A stretch of DNA of 64,000 nucleotides from Podarcis gaigeae (taxonomy: Eukaryota). The notes beneath the pieces were generated by a model that saw only the letters and a list, made by a program, of their open reading frames with translations, had not been told where the DNA came from and made no database searches. The position numbers and the translations under genes were made by a program. The stretch is from NCBI GenBank assembly GCA_964106915.2, contig OZ066920.1; one strand, given 5' to 3'. The stretch's first letter is position 1, and every line of letters starts with the position of its first letter. Positions 38,298 through 51,779 of this stretch are shown piece after piece.

Positions 38298-41200
38298 GTT
38301 TCATATATATATATATATATATGAAACTTCTTCAGCTTGAAGCCTAACAACCCTATCATCAAGTTACACCCCAAGTATTTCAGTGGAGCTCATCTGAAAT
38401 GTCCCTGAACATCTCATCTAATTTCTCTCAGCATCTTCAAAACATGCAACCTGGCCTTGCAAATGAACTTCTTCCCCAAAAGCCAACATTGTGTTGCATC
38501 ATACACACTCCCAAAGTGTTTATTAAACAGGGATTAAACTTCTACATACAAGCAAATCCTATGATTCATTCTGAATCAAAATATAACCAATTTTCAAAAA
38601 GGAAATCAAAGGCACTTCTCCCACTACATAAAGTAGTACTGCTACAATAAATACATCAATTTTTTATTGTTATTTTAAATATATTGTTACTAATGATTAC
38701 TTGGTTTACTAAAGTATGCACAATGTCTCTTTTTTCAAGTTACATTTTCTACAGATCAGTTTCATTTGTTGAGACCTTAGTGTTACATTAGGAAGAAAAG
38801 AGGGAAAGAGGTGGAGGGGGGCATGGTGAGTGGGGTGGCAATGCTTCTATTCTACTTAGTATATGTGTGGGGTTTTGTGTCAGTGTCACTTGTGTGGGAA
38901 TACCTTTATGAACTCCATTCAAAGGAAAACTGGCAAGTGCCCACCAGCCATCTCAATAAAGCACTGCCCCAAATGAATTGCTTAGCCTCCTGACAACAGC
39001 AGCATTCTAGGTCACTTACCCTTTTTGTCACCCTCAAAATATTTAAAGTGACAACATGCCTTGGCTGTCCATTTTGAACTGCACAGCAGAGATAAAAAGC
39101 AAGTACTCCGGATACCCGAGATTTCATGTTGGAAGTGATTAACAGTTTAAACTGAGATATTCTCCTTTTCTGAAACAGTCTTCTGTTTAAACAAGGGAAG
39201 ATGCCAAAGTATAAATTTAAATGGTGGCATCAAGCTGGTCTTCTTTCACTCATGGAGATGATTTTGATCAAGTTGATGCCTTTGCTAACGGAGGAGGCAA
39301 GGTCAGGGTTTTGCCAGCAATCCCCTTCCAAAAGCAGCTCTGAGGAGTTTGGGGGACCCTCCAAAACAGGGTAGAACGTATTGTCAGAGCTTCAAGGTGA
39401 AGAACAAACTGGCACTCCCTCCTCTTTCATTAGTGGAGGTGTTTGATGGATCAAAACTCTTCTGTAAATGTAAGGGCACCAGCTGGATTCCATCCACTGG
39501 ATTTAACACTGCTAATCGACCCATGTGTAGATTATGCTATTTTCTTTTTTAAAGGCCATCTCCATTTTGTATGCTTAATAACTAAACAGCCCTGGCAAAA
39601 CTTATATTCAGATCTGCAGTGATTTTACTTCAAAACGACTGATCTGTTGTTTATTTTATGAGTTTACAAGATACTTAACTTCCCAATTATAAACATGCTA
39701 GGCTAAGAAAGAAGGTGGTTATCAGCAGGTTTACCAACAGCTGCTTAAGCAAAACCTTTACCAAGTGGTATAAAGGCATATATATACCGGTATATATCAC
39801 TGGATGAGAGTTAGAAATGTAAGGGATTCTAACTGAGATTTTGCATTAAGGAAGTGCAGCTATAGCTATAGCTGGGCTATATCCCAGGTTCAGCATGACA
39901 CATCCATAACATAAAATGTGAGACATCCCTACATCAAAGGACAGGCTATGGAAAACACTACTTCACCCTTTCTCTAATTAACACCATGCCGCAGGCTTGA
40001 GGAAAGAGAAATGGCACACTACAGCAACTGCTGTTTAGGATGGCACGTCCATTGCAGATGTTTAAAAAGGTAAGCTTGTGTGAAATGTTTGCAGCTGAAA
40101 ATTTAAGCAAGTAAAAGAAGTTATTTGGTAAAATATATAATTTTTTGTTAGCTGTTGTAGATTTGGTCATAGTTCAGACTGGAAAATGTTCATGCACATT
40201 AATAAAAATATATACCATTTCTGATGGCACAAGATTAGACCATGATGAACATGTTCATTCAGATTAGCTGATTATATAAACAAACAACTCCTTTTGGTTG
40301 TTTTTATTTTTAATATTGGGGGGCCTCAGTGTGTGTGTGAAGACCTGATGAAAGAAAAACAATAAAATGGAGGAGAGCAGTACAATTTCTGCTGTGCAGC
40401 AACAGTGATGTTTCTAAGAACAATAAGGAGCTGAGGATAACAATTTCTTCTGCATAAGAGATAATTAAAGAGAAAATAAAAATAAGTAGGAACTTAACAC
40501 AAGAATGGGCAACAATACCACTTTGACAGAGCTGTACTTGATGCAGGAACAAATAGGCTCCTTGAACCAGCTGTGTGCAAATTACAATGTCATTAACTGA
40601 ACACAATTTACAGCCAAGAATATATAAATGCTCTTAAAAATGTATCCCCCCCCAATAAAAGGAGAGTATATTGTTCTGATACTTTCTAAAAATTTACTTC
40701 TAGTCAAAGTTGTTCTTACAACAGCAATTCATGCATAAGTTCCTCTCACATCCTGTTGTCATATTTATTATTTCATATCACACAACTATATCTCTATACA
40801 ATTGTAGCTCCCAGTAGTTTCCCAGATATCATTATCTGTTGTTGTATCAACATGACTAAAAATTTTAAAAGGGCCTTTTACTTGCTTCAACTAGCATTAC
40901 TGGGACTTGCACATACTACCAGATTTGCATGAAGTCACTACAGCCAATACAAGAATTTGAATATCGTTTGTTAACAAGAACTCAGTCGTTCCTTCAAATC
41001 TTTCAACAGAATGTATTAAAAATGCCACTGAGACCATTCCAATGTCACTCATTTATGCTGCCTGTCTCCTTTTGAATGATAATGTGGGTAAAAGTTTTAT
41101 CAAACTTCTCTGATCTGCAACAATAATTAACAGTGTATGGATAGTAAAGGGAAATGGAGAAGAGTACACTTGGAGATACACAGTGTACATGAACATTTCA

Positions 41201-43064
41201 AAAGGTTGTATTACTTCCTTGGCTTAGACTGAAGCAACTACAGCTTTTATAACTTTTTCCAGTGCTGACAAGAGAAACAAACTTTTTTTTTTTAGTGCTA
41301 CAGATGGCATTCATCTCTATCATTGAATCTAGATGTGGTAGTGCAACTGATGGGAGTTGGGAGTCCAACAAGATTTAGACTCTACAAAGCCAAATTCCGT
41401 ATTCCTTGTGCTCTACTATAGCAAATGCCTGATCTCAAGATAACTCCTGGTACTCAAGTTTCTGAAATGCTTATATTTAGTAGGCTCAACCCATTAAACT
41501 TAGAAATGATTATGCTTCCAGCTCTACTTTTATGATATAAAAATGCAATAAAATCTTTCAGTTTACCACAATGGCATGCTAAAATTGCATTCCATTTTTT
41601 TTAAAAAATAAAATTTGAGAAGCACAGGTTTGCTCTGTGTTCGTATAAATCATGCTATATAGGGTTCCATGGTTTTTGTCTTGGTTGTAACCCTGAATAT
41701 TGGTGTATGGCATGTTTATAACTTATAATTCTTGACATTATATATTACAGTTGCTCAAATAAATATCTATAGTTTTATTACAAAGTCAGCAAAAATAGTA
41801 AACTATCATAAAAACTTCAACAAGATAGAGAAATACAAATGTTAAAGTTTACTAAATTTTAGATGCAAGTTGTAGTGCTCTGGATCAACAATTGTTGGAT
41901 TGTGCCAATCTTCTTTACTAAAGCTTATTTTCATCATTTCTGACAAAACAGATTTAGTGACCTACACACAGAATCTAAACCATTAAGTTCAAAAGAACTG
42001 GAAATCCTGTTCTCTATTCTGCACTCTCAGTCTGTTGCAGTAGAAAGAATTATTCACATTGCTCACACTGCTGCTCCAACAAAGTAATAAAAAACAGCAA
42101 TGTGCTGGCACCAAACTAAAAGGCCCTTATAATTGCCATGTTTCAAATTCCATTTAGTCAGCCCCTAGCAAAGAGGCTACAAAACTCTTTAATAAATCAT
42201 AAAACCAGAGGGGGGAAATTAGGTCATCTTGTCCATCCCCCAACATTTTAAACTTGCATTCTCCATTGTACCACTGAATACTCGGTCAACTTGTAAATGA
42301 TTCAAGTGATGGGATTTTTACTGGCCCCCTGGAGAAACTGCTCTATAGTCCATGAGTCCATGAGTGAGCTCTTTCCTGATAACACTTTCTCCACCTATTT
42401 ACCCATTTTAGAGGACAACATATATATTATATTATATTATTGCCATTACTATTTTCATACTTTTTGATAATTTAGCAAAAGACTTTGCATTGTTCACTGA
42501 TCCCCACCACCACAAAAACCTTACTGCTACTTAAGAAACATTCTGTAACCCATTATAATTTGCTGCTATCTGTGTAATTTAGGGGCACAAACGAATGAAA
42601 ATGTGTTACCTACAACAATAGTAGATGTGTGCACGCACAAAATTCCAAATTATTTCATTTATTTAGTAGATTTATATCTCACTTTTCAACTGGAGTCCCC
42701 AAAGTGGCTATCAAGCATTTATAAAACACAACACAACACATGCTCAAGAAACAAAACAACCATGCCTCCTGAAACAGAAACCAGCTTTAAATATTCCTTC
42801 CTACAGGGCAGTTGCTAAACATTAGCTCTTATGATGGTCAGCCCTGATGCTCCCTTTGTCTAACTCCCGCACTGCCTTCTTCCTTTTCACAGGGCACTTG
42901 ATGTCAGTTGACTCTCTGACATTGCTTTGATATCAGAAAAAGCAGATTGTTTCCTGAGCAGCAATACTGGATTGGGGGTGGGGGGTGGGGGGTGGGGAGG
43001 ACAGTGGATAACCAAGTAGGTGACCAAAAAAGAAGTGCTACTGAAGAGATGAAATGTAAATATT

Positions 43065-43630
43065 TGTATTTATTTATAAAATTATTTATATACTGCCATC
43101 TCAGAAAATATCAGGGTGATGTACAATAACATGTATACAAATCATAAAACACCCTTTAAAAACAGTGCAAAATAATAATTAAAATCGAGAATATTTTAAC
43201 CAACTGCTTAGACCTGTCTGCATAAAAAGGTCTTCAAGAGATGCCTGAAAGTCAAAAGCAAGGGTGTCTGTTGAACCACTGCAGCAAGAGTGTTCCACAG
43301 CATGGACGAGTGACACCAAATCCCCAACTTCTATTGGAGGCCAGTCGGGCCTCCGTATCTAAGGGAACAACCATCAGTGTCCATCCAGATGATCTCAGTA
43401 ACTAAGCTGAGATATAAAGACCCAGGCAGTCCTTAGGTTATCCTGGATCCAAGTGGTTCAGGACTTTGTATATCAACACATGAGCTTTGAACCTGACCCA
43501 GTATCATATGGGCCTGCAGTGCAGACCTTTTATCAGAGGTCCATAATGTTGAAGCTCTGGCCCCTCAGCAGCCTAGACACTGACTTATGCACCAGCTGGA
43601 GCTTCCAGGCCAGGTCCAAGGGCAGACCAC
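43065..43630 (-). mobile_element. Degenerate LINE (L2-like) 3' fragment
   Basis: tatttattta...tatactgcc tail followed by decayed ORF2-like sequence; similar decayed pieces at ~13380-13720 and ~62410-62740. Confidence 0.45.
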
Positions 43631-43853
43631 ATAAAATAAACATGTACTGCATACAGATTATCAAAGTCCTAAGTTATCATAAAGAACACGCAGAATGAAG
43701 ACTTTATGCTTGGTAGCTTTTCTCCAGCTTTTACACATCTTAACCAAACAGATACAAGTGTGGAAGTACTCATATAATATTTAATGTACAATTCTTCCTG
43801 ATATCCAACCTGGTTATTTCTACCACACATGCATGTAATGGTCCTATTTTGAA

Positions 43854-43991
43854 CAGAATCATAGGATTGCAGAATTGAAAGAGACCATGAGGGTCATCTA
43901 GTCCAGCAGTGTGCAATGCAGGAATCTTTTGTCCAACATGGGGCTTAAACCCATGACCCTTAAATTAAATGTCTCATGCTCTACCGACTGA
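43854..43991 (-). mobile_element. tRNA-Lys-derived SINE with CR1-type 3' tail
   Basis: Minus strand reads tcagtcggtagagcatgagac...agggtcatgggtttaagccccatgttgg (degenerate tRNA-Lys), then ggactagatgaccc...cctatgattctg (CR1 3' end). Confidence 0.75.
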
Positions 43992-44411
43992 ATACATTTA
44001 TATTACTGCAAAATTGAAAGTGAACACACTTCTTACATCAACCCTTATGTGAAAGCATGCTACTTCTTGTTCACTTCAAACTGATTGCCCTTCAATTTTA
44101 AAGCAATTAGCTAAATCCTGGCTCTTGCAGTGTGAGACACCATGAGGCAAGAGCTATCTTTCCACACACTATTACTGATCTTATCTGCTAGTGCTATTAT
44201 ATTCTCTTTTCAGTCAACTCTCTGCTAAGCTGAAGAAACAATCACTATTTGTTACATTAGCAGGTCCACACCTCCTGTTATCTGTTTGACCTCCTCTGTA
44301 ACTGTTCACATTCTAATTTATAGTCACGCTTTAGTCAAAAAATCTCTTAGAGAGCCTACAAAAATCAGTATTAAAATAGTGCCTGTCCTCAGGCTTACAA
44401 CCTAAAAAGAC

Positions 44412-44628
44412 CAGTTGCAGATAGGTAGCCGTGTTGGTCTGCCATAGTCAAAACAAAAGAAATTCCTTCCAGTAGCACCTTAAAGACCAACTAAGTTAGT
44501 TCTTGGTATGAGCTCTCGTGTGCATGCACACTTCTTCATTGAAGAAGTGTGCATGCACACGAAAGCTCATACCAAGAACTAACTTAGTTGGTCTTTAAGG
44601 TGCTACTGGAAGGAATTTCTTTTGTTTT
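44412..44628. mobile_element. Penelope-like retroelement terminal remnant (inverted pseudo-LTR hairpin) with minimal hammerhead motif
   Basis: Starts ...gtagccgtgttggtctg..., a typical reptile PLE end (recalled). 89-bp inverted arms at 44450-44538 and 44540-44628. TSD aacctaaaaaga(c) at 44399-44411 and 44629-44641. Confidence 0.8.
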
Positions 44629-46545
44629 AACCTAAAAAGACATCACACATAAAGAAAAAATAGAATGAGAGAGAAGAGGGGAAAACAAGCTCAAGTTCTT
44701 AAAGTTAAAATTAGATATAACAAGAATTTTAAACTATATTTTAACATCTCTATTCTATATCTCACATTTATAATTTCTTTTTATTTAAAAATATATTTAT
44801 CTTCTTGAAATTATATCTAAACAGCTGGAGAAATGCAGTACATGTAATAAAATTTATTTGCACACAAAACGTCAGTATTGGGAACAGCAGAATATTATTT
44901 CTCTTCTTGGGTTGCACTGCTAAATGACCTTGAGTGGTTATATCACTCACTGCTTTCTTTTTTCTCCTCTCTCCCATCATCTATTTTTATCATGCATCTC
45001 TTCAATGCAGGTACCACTGTATATGATATTTATAGGCTCTTGTGCATTAGAGATTCCACAGAAGAGGATGAGAAACAGAACCATAATTTCAAAAGGACTT
45101 ACTGTTCAGAAGTACCATTAAAATTGGAAACTACTCATATTCTGACTAACACAGGTTTTGGCTTCAACTGCTTATATAGGCATGAATTCAATCACCAGGT
45201 ACCGATCCTGAGTTGGACATGGTGCTAACAAAAACAATCCATGTCTGAAAGTAGAGCTTTATACACTGGAGGAAAGAGCTTGGATTTTGGCCAGGGCCTG
45301 ACATGCCTTCAGACCCCAAATAAAATATTTACGGGGGCTCTGGGGTCCCCAAATTTGATAAGTGGTGTGCGCGCACCACATATTGTGATCAATTATGTGG
45401 GGTGGGGCTTACCTGCCCCTCCTATTTTCTGTAAGATGGCACCCCTGCACACAATTATCTCCATGGTGCAATGGTGTTTGACACAGTGTGTGTTGAAATC
45501 CACTCACTGAAGGATAAACGAGGCCCTTTGTGTAGCGATACATTAAGGAAATGGGCTAATGCTATGACATAGCACCCATGGAGTGGTCCGCAGCAACCAG
45601 CATGGCCCTAATGATGTCACTGGCCCATACTGGGTATTGCTAGACACTTCTTTGGTACTAAACTAACGGCATCTGCACAACAGGATTCAAGCCACAGATG
45701 TTCCTCCTACTCTGATGTCCTGAGCTGTGTTGTTATATTTTACAAAGTGAGAAAATTGCTCTCTTTAGGCTTTAATCTAGGCTTTATTTAGGCCTAAACC
45801 AAAACTAAACAGAGTCATGCTTCTCCCACCATATATAATAGAATTCAGAGCTACCACAGATGAATAGCAGATTCTTTTTAATAAGTGTTCTGACATGAAC
45901 TATATTTCTGTTATCGCACAAATGATGCAGTTCAGAGAAGCATACTTCTACCACTGCTAATCCTTGACCATCCAGGCAAGAACAAATCTATATAAATAGA
46001 TAAAAGGAACTTATAAGTGTCTCTCATACCTCCTTTTGCCCCCATTCAAAATTACCTGCTCATCCAGTTTTTAAAAATCTCCTAACATCCAGTGTTTGAG
46101 GGAAAAGGTCAACTGAATGCCAACCTAGCTAAGCAATGTTTCAATACTTCAGTTTCAATTTGCAAAGGGTTTCGTAATATGTGTTTGAGAAGCTAAGAGC
46201 GCAATAAAAATGGACACCCCCAACATGCTTCCATGTGCTGTAAAGATCTTGTTTGAAAAGGTTACAACAGAAAAATCCATGGGAAAGATGAAGAAGTCAG
46301 ACCAAAAATACATTTTTTTATTTCAATATAAATCTGAACTAGTAACATTACCTTTCCTTTGGTTTCCCTGTGACAAAAGAAATCTGCTCGGGGGGAAAAA
46401 CAGCTCCTAATAGGCTATACATCCAACACTTGTCATACCAAGAAGAGACCCACTGATTTCAGTGAGTCTACTCTCAGTATGACTTAGTTGGATATCAACC
46501 AAAGAATTTAACCTGCCTTACCAATTACATACATACACAAATACA

Positions 46546-46548
<3 letters not shown>

Positions 46549-46594
<46 letters not shown>
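46549..46594. repeat. Compound (TC)14(AC)9 microsatellite
   Basis: Direct read. Confidence 0.93.
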
Positions 46595-46595
<1 letters not shown>

Positions 46596-47867
46596 TATAC
46601 AGGAGCTGCTAATGAGCATAACTATTGGCCATTGTACAAATTTGCTACAGCTCATGAAGAATATGCATTCTACTAATTTCTTAGTTAATATACATATTCT
46701 CCAACAGGCCTTGGGCATTGTTAATATCTCAACAACCTTTTATGAATTCTCTTGCCATTGTGCAAATGCCCCAACAGAAGTTGGGGCATGTGCCTATCTC
46801 AGCTACATTTTTACATTCTCTGGGCAATAGTGCCTGTTCTCCAGAAATTATGCATACATGCCCTTGATTTCTATCCCTAGTTGAAAACTGGGCAAATCAT
46901 TGCCTGCAAGCTGCAAGCAGCCTGCAGTTGGGAAGATATACACATTGGTCAAAGCCTCTTGGAAAATATGCATACTGACTGGGAAATGAGTACAATTCTT
47001 TCTTCATGGACATATGTGCACATTCTCCACAAACTGTGAACGTACACAATGGCCAGTTGTTATGTGCATTAGCTGTTCAGCTCACATTCCCCCTAACATA
47101 TGTACAATACACACCTGGGAACAGATTTTACATGATTTATCTTCTGTGGAGAATACTACATTCTAGTTTAAATTTGTAATCATCATAGAAACTTTACCAC
47201 AGAGCAGATACACATATTTTAGTTTTACAGTGTGATATTAAGGTTGTGTTTTTTTTTTTAAAAAAAATCTAACTTCACTGTTACTTGCTCCTTAATAAAT
47301 GTGCTTAAGATTGCAGCTTTAAGATGCAATCCTATATGGATTTGCTTGGAAACAAGTCTCACAGCAGTCAGTGAGGCCTACTTGCAGTAAGTGTATATAG
47401 ATGACGCCTGCAAATGTTACCATTTTGTTTTACATTTCTCATTGTCCTCCCTGCCATATCTTTCTGTATGCATCCATGGTTGCCAATCCCATTAGCATCT
47501 ATATTACTTTTGATGTGGGATTCTCAAACCTAAAAGACAGGTTGTTCATCTCATTTCACTTTATACATAGCAAGGCCTGGGAGAAACCATGGTGATACCA
47601 AAACTAGTTTTCTTTCAGATGCTGTCGGTCATGCTATATATTTTGTTGATATTTCATGTGGTTGGTTAGGAGATTTCATATTTCTCAAGACGCCAAGTTG
47701 TATATTCATCTCAAATCTCAGATCAAATACAACTTCAATCTATAACTAGAAATCTTGTCCAACACTTTTGCTGGATCAGTGCAAGCCTATTCATTGCTAT
47801 TCAGTTGGATGTGCCTTTGAGGTCAATGGGATTTACTTCCCAACAAATATGCATAGGATTACACATA

Positions 47868-48093
47868 CAGTGGTACCTCAGGTTAAGTACTTAATTCGTT
47901 CCAGAGGTCCGTACTTAACCTGAAACTGTTCTTAACCTGAAGCACCACTTTAGCTAATGAGGCCTCCCGCTGCCGCTGCGCCGCCGGAGCACGATTTCTG
48001 TTCTCATCCTAAAGCAAAGTTCTTAACCTGAAGCACTATTTCTGGGTTAGCGGAGTCTGTAACCTGAAGCGTATGTAACCCGAGGTACCACTG
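47868..48093. mobile_element. Tc1/mariner (pogo/Tigger-like) MITE
   Basis: TA TSD; TIR CAGTGGTACCTC; highly similar to the 29257 copy. Confidence 0.9.
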
Positions 48094-49626
48094 TATTTGC
48101 AAACCTCAAGAGACAGGGTAGACTCAGGATCAATCTGATTTTGTTAGTACACACAAAGTTAAATTATAAACTTTGCTGAAACTATATGTAATTTGTAAGG
48201 AGACACTGAATGGTCAGAGACAAAGTATCTTGAGACAACTAAATTTTAGTTTCTCAGAAATCCAACAGATTACATTTCTCTAGAGGTCCCTCTGCCCCCA
48301 TGCCTATAGTGACAACATGGTAGGAGACAGAACAAAAAGCCTGCCGAATCCCCCTTGCGGAAGCTATTAAGATGTGACATACTCTCCCTTCCTACACTCT
48401 ACTCTGTTTGTCCTCTTGGAGGACTACAGAAAACAGCAAGTTTTTTGTTTTTTTTTACCAATAATAACCACAAAGGTCATCTTCAGACCTTATGTCCACA
48501 AACAAAGAAAAAAATGCTGTGTTAAGTTTTATGTCTTTGGACCACAGGAATACCCAATATCTTGCGATACCAGTTATTTTGTTCATTGAATGAAGAAATA
48601 AATTCAGTAAGATTTATTTTGGTTACAAGCTTTGTGAAATCAGACCTCATATTTATCAAAAATTAGTCTAAAGATAGGAAGACATTAAACATATTTCATA
48701 AATAATTCTATCACCATTTTACTGGATAAGTAAAAGGTTAAAAAGTTAATGAAACATATTTTATATAATTTTAACAATAGTAGGCATGTTTAACTTAACT
48801 ACTAAAAATCTAAAGTCTGGAGAGGAGCAATCATGAGCTGCCTGTTATAGAAATTAATTTTAGTTAGCATTTCTCTCAACATCCCTCCTAGCATACATTT
48901 CTTGGATGTTTTTACAACTTGTATTTCTTTGGTGAATGCAGTGTTAAAAACTCACACACACACACATATATATATGCACACTAGGTGTCAAATGGCTCCT
49001 TAAAGCAGGGTTACAGTCATCAAAATGGAATATCTAGTTGCCATTTTTGGGTGACAGGGCTCAAAAGACTTTTGGGTTCCTGAAATCTGTTCTGATTGTA
49101 CAGATAAAATAGTATGGATAACATTCTACAGGATATGCTGTTGGTATGTGCAAACAAGCAAGATCCCAGGCATGCACTTCCAGGTGGTGGAGATGTCAGG
49201 AACCATCCCAGCACCCAGGCATCTTCACTTGGTTGCAAGTGGTCAATAGGCAGGTGCAAAATGTGCCTGGTGAATTTCGATTGCTGGGTAAAAGCAATCC
49301 ATCCATCTACAGGTAATACATTCTGGTGAAATAAGTGTATCCCAGTTCTAGACACAGATGGAATGTAATCATATTTACAAAGTTGTATGTTTGTTTCTGG
49401 TTGTAGAAGAATAAAATAATTTATGTGTGCAGCCACATGGCATCTTGCTTTACTTGTTCATGATTACTTTCAGAAACAATTAGACGGAATTATTTCTCTC
49501 TTTTGTTAAACTTAAGGCAATGGCCTGATCGCCTACACATGAAATCATATTGACATGAGTTCACTTGATTTAACTGGAGTTGTTGCACAACAAAATCTGC
49601 AATGTATTTCAAAAACAACTGATTCA

Positions 49627-49740
49627 TTACTACTACTACTAATAATAATAATATTAATACTACTAATAATAATAATAATTTCTTATACCCCTGCCATCTG
49701 ACTGGGTTCCCCCAGCCAGTCCGGGCTGCTTCCAACAAAA
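49627..49740 (-). mobile_element. Short 3' end of the same LINE family with (ACT/AAT)n tail
   Basis: Near identity to 11037-11090 plus simple-repeat tail. Confidence 0.6.
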
Positions 49741-51779
49741 ATATAGAAAATATTAAGAAACATAATAATTTTTAACCACACAGACACACACAGCTTGGAT
49801 AAAACTTCTGTTACAACACAACCAGAATTTGAAACATACTCTAATTTCTTCCTGTCTCAGCACTTCTTATTTACTTATAATACAGTAGTGCATTCTCCTG
49901 AACCATATAATCTTGTAAGTGCATTTTGTCTCATCAATGGTCTTCACAGACAACCTTCTCATCTTAATAATGTCGTGGATACATTAATGTATGTTGCTGC
50001 ACATCTATTCTTAAAGCACAGCTTTGCTGACTCAACCCATTACCAATCCACACTCCTTAACAAACAATGAAATTTTCATAATTATAATTTGGGGAATAAA
50101 ATTGTAAGTACATGGGCAATGAACCTTGCCTTCAACTCAGCTTGTTTTATTTGCAAACACATATGCAAGCACAAACTCCGCATTCATCTCTCCTAGCCCC
50201 TCCTTCAAATGAATGTCCAACAGGGAAACAGTAGTCACATCTATTCAGCATTATGTATTATGATAAAATATGGCTCAGACAGGCTGTCTCACTGCCCCAC
50301 CCTCATTTCCTTGAGCCAAAGTGATGTCATGGTCAAAGCAGCAATAGGGACTCCATTGCTACAATTCTAGAGACTTCTGTGTCTCCACCCTCTTTTCCTA
50401 TAACATTAGACTACAGCAGCAGTTAAGGTCCGCTCAAAGTTAGCTTACAACATGGCAGACACTTCCTGCAATAACAGATAGTTTTATAAATCATCCACTG
50501 GCCTCATGAGGAGCTAGTTCAAAAACAAAGTGATATGAGTGTTGGCGGCATTAATATAATTAACGACAAAACATTTATTTTCCCCCATGCCAAAATGTAT
50601 TTAAGGTGACGTGCTGTTTCTACCCATGGACCATTGCTATTACCAGGATAATGACCACATTAGGTTGCAACCATGCTGCCAGACACACTGTCAAGTGGAA
50701 ACTAGAAAAATAAACTTGTAGCAGTTTCTTTTCAGGATAGGTTGTCTCTTTATCCTGATGTATCAATTTTACTTCCACTATAGCGCTCCAGTTCAATTCA
50801 GTGGTTATTAAGATCATGATTAGGACTGACATCCTAAATACATTTAACTGGGAGTATGTCCCATTAAACCAACTAGGCTTACTTTTTCATGGAATGTAAA
50901 AGGCTGCTCTGTAATATCACTACTAGCAGAGTACCAATATCACACTGAAATGCAATGATACATTTTAAATAAAGGAATCTGGGGAAGTTGAGTTTGCAGA
51001 ACATAGTATTTCCCTTTTAGCCTATGTAAAACAGAACAACATAGAACAGAGTGACAAGTGTTAAAAGTGCATTTTTATACATTAAAAACCACCAATAAAG
51101 TTTGATAACTCACGTATAAACCTAGGGAACCAGCAACTAATCTTATACATTTTTGCTCAGAAATAAGTCCCAAACACTTCAATGAGACTTAATAGATCAG
51201 GCTGCCTACATGTACACACCTTGATTCATCCCAGTCCTCTTTTAAAAATGTATATTTTAAGTAACAACTGAATATGAAACTTCTCTAGGGTAAAGTCAAA
51301 GCTACTTTTTTCAGAACAAGAATAAATGTGCTTTCAGTTGCAATGAAACTGATGTGAAGAGGACTAAATTAGTCCTCTGAATACAAATTTAAGCTATATT
51401 AACTATACATCAGCTAAAATCACTATTCAAACAACATTCAACATGTTTTATAGAAGGTAACAAAGCAACCTACAGGGAAAAAAATCGCATATGTAACTTT
51501 TAAAAATTATTGAAATAATATTTTTTAAGCATTTTAAAATAAAATCCATCCCAGTTGATATCTTTAACATCTTTTAACAAGAACAAGCTTCCTTGCAAGT
51601 TTCAACCACATGCTCAAAGATAGGACATGAAACCAGGTTTAAATGCTCGACAAAGTTTGACAACTGAACCACACCCTTTAAATACCAACCCTTCTCTCTA
51701 CTTGCTACTATACTATGCATTACACCGTCCTCAAACCCTTGGCATCAAGAGGATCTTCATAATCACAGGCTGTAGAATT

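Noticed and set aside
39780-39874. Two ~18-bp perfect palindromes (atatataccggtatatat; cagctatagctatagctg)
   Set aside because: Short and low-complexity; expected from slippage.
42974-42997. G-rich run able to form a G-quadruplex
   Set aside because: Simple (GGGGGT)n-type repeat in an intron next to a LINE fragment; no further evidence of function.
43925-43991. tRNA-Lys-like sequence as a tRNA gene
   Set aside because: Lacks the 5' acceptor stem, has a degenerate anticodon and T loop, and runs into a CR1-type tail; it is a SINE head.
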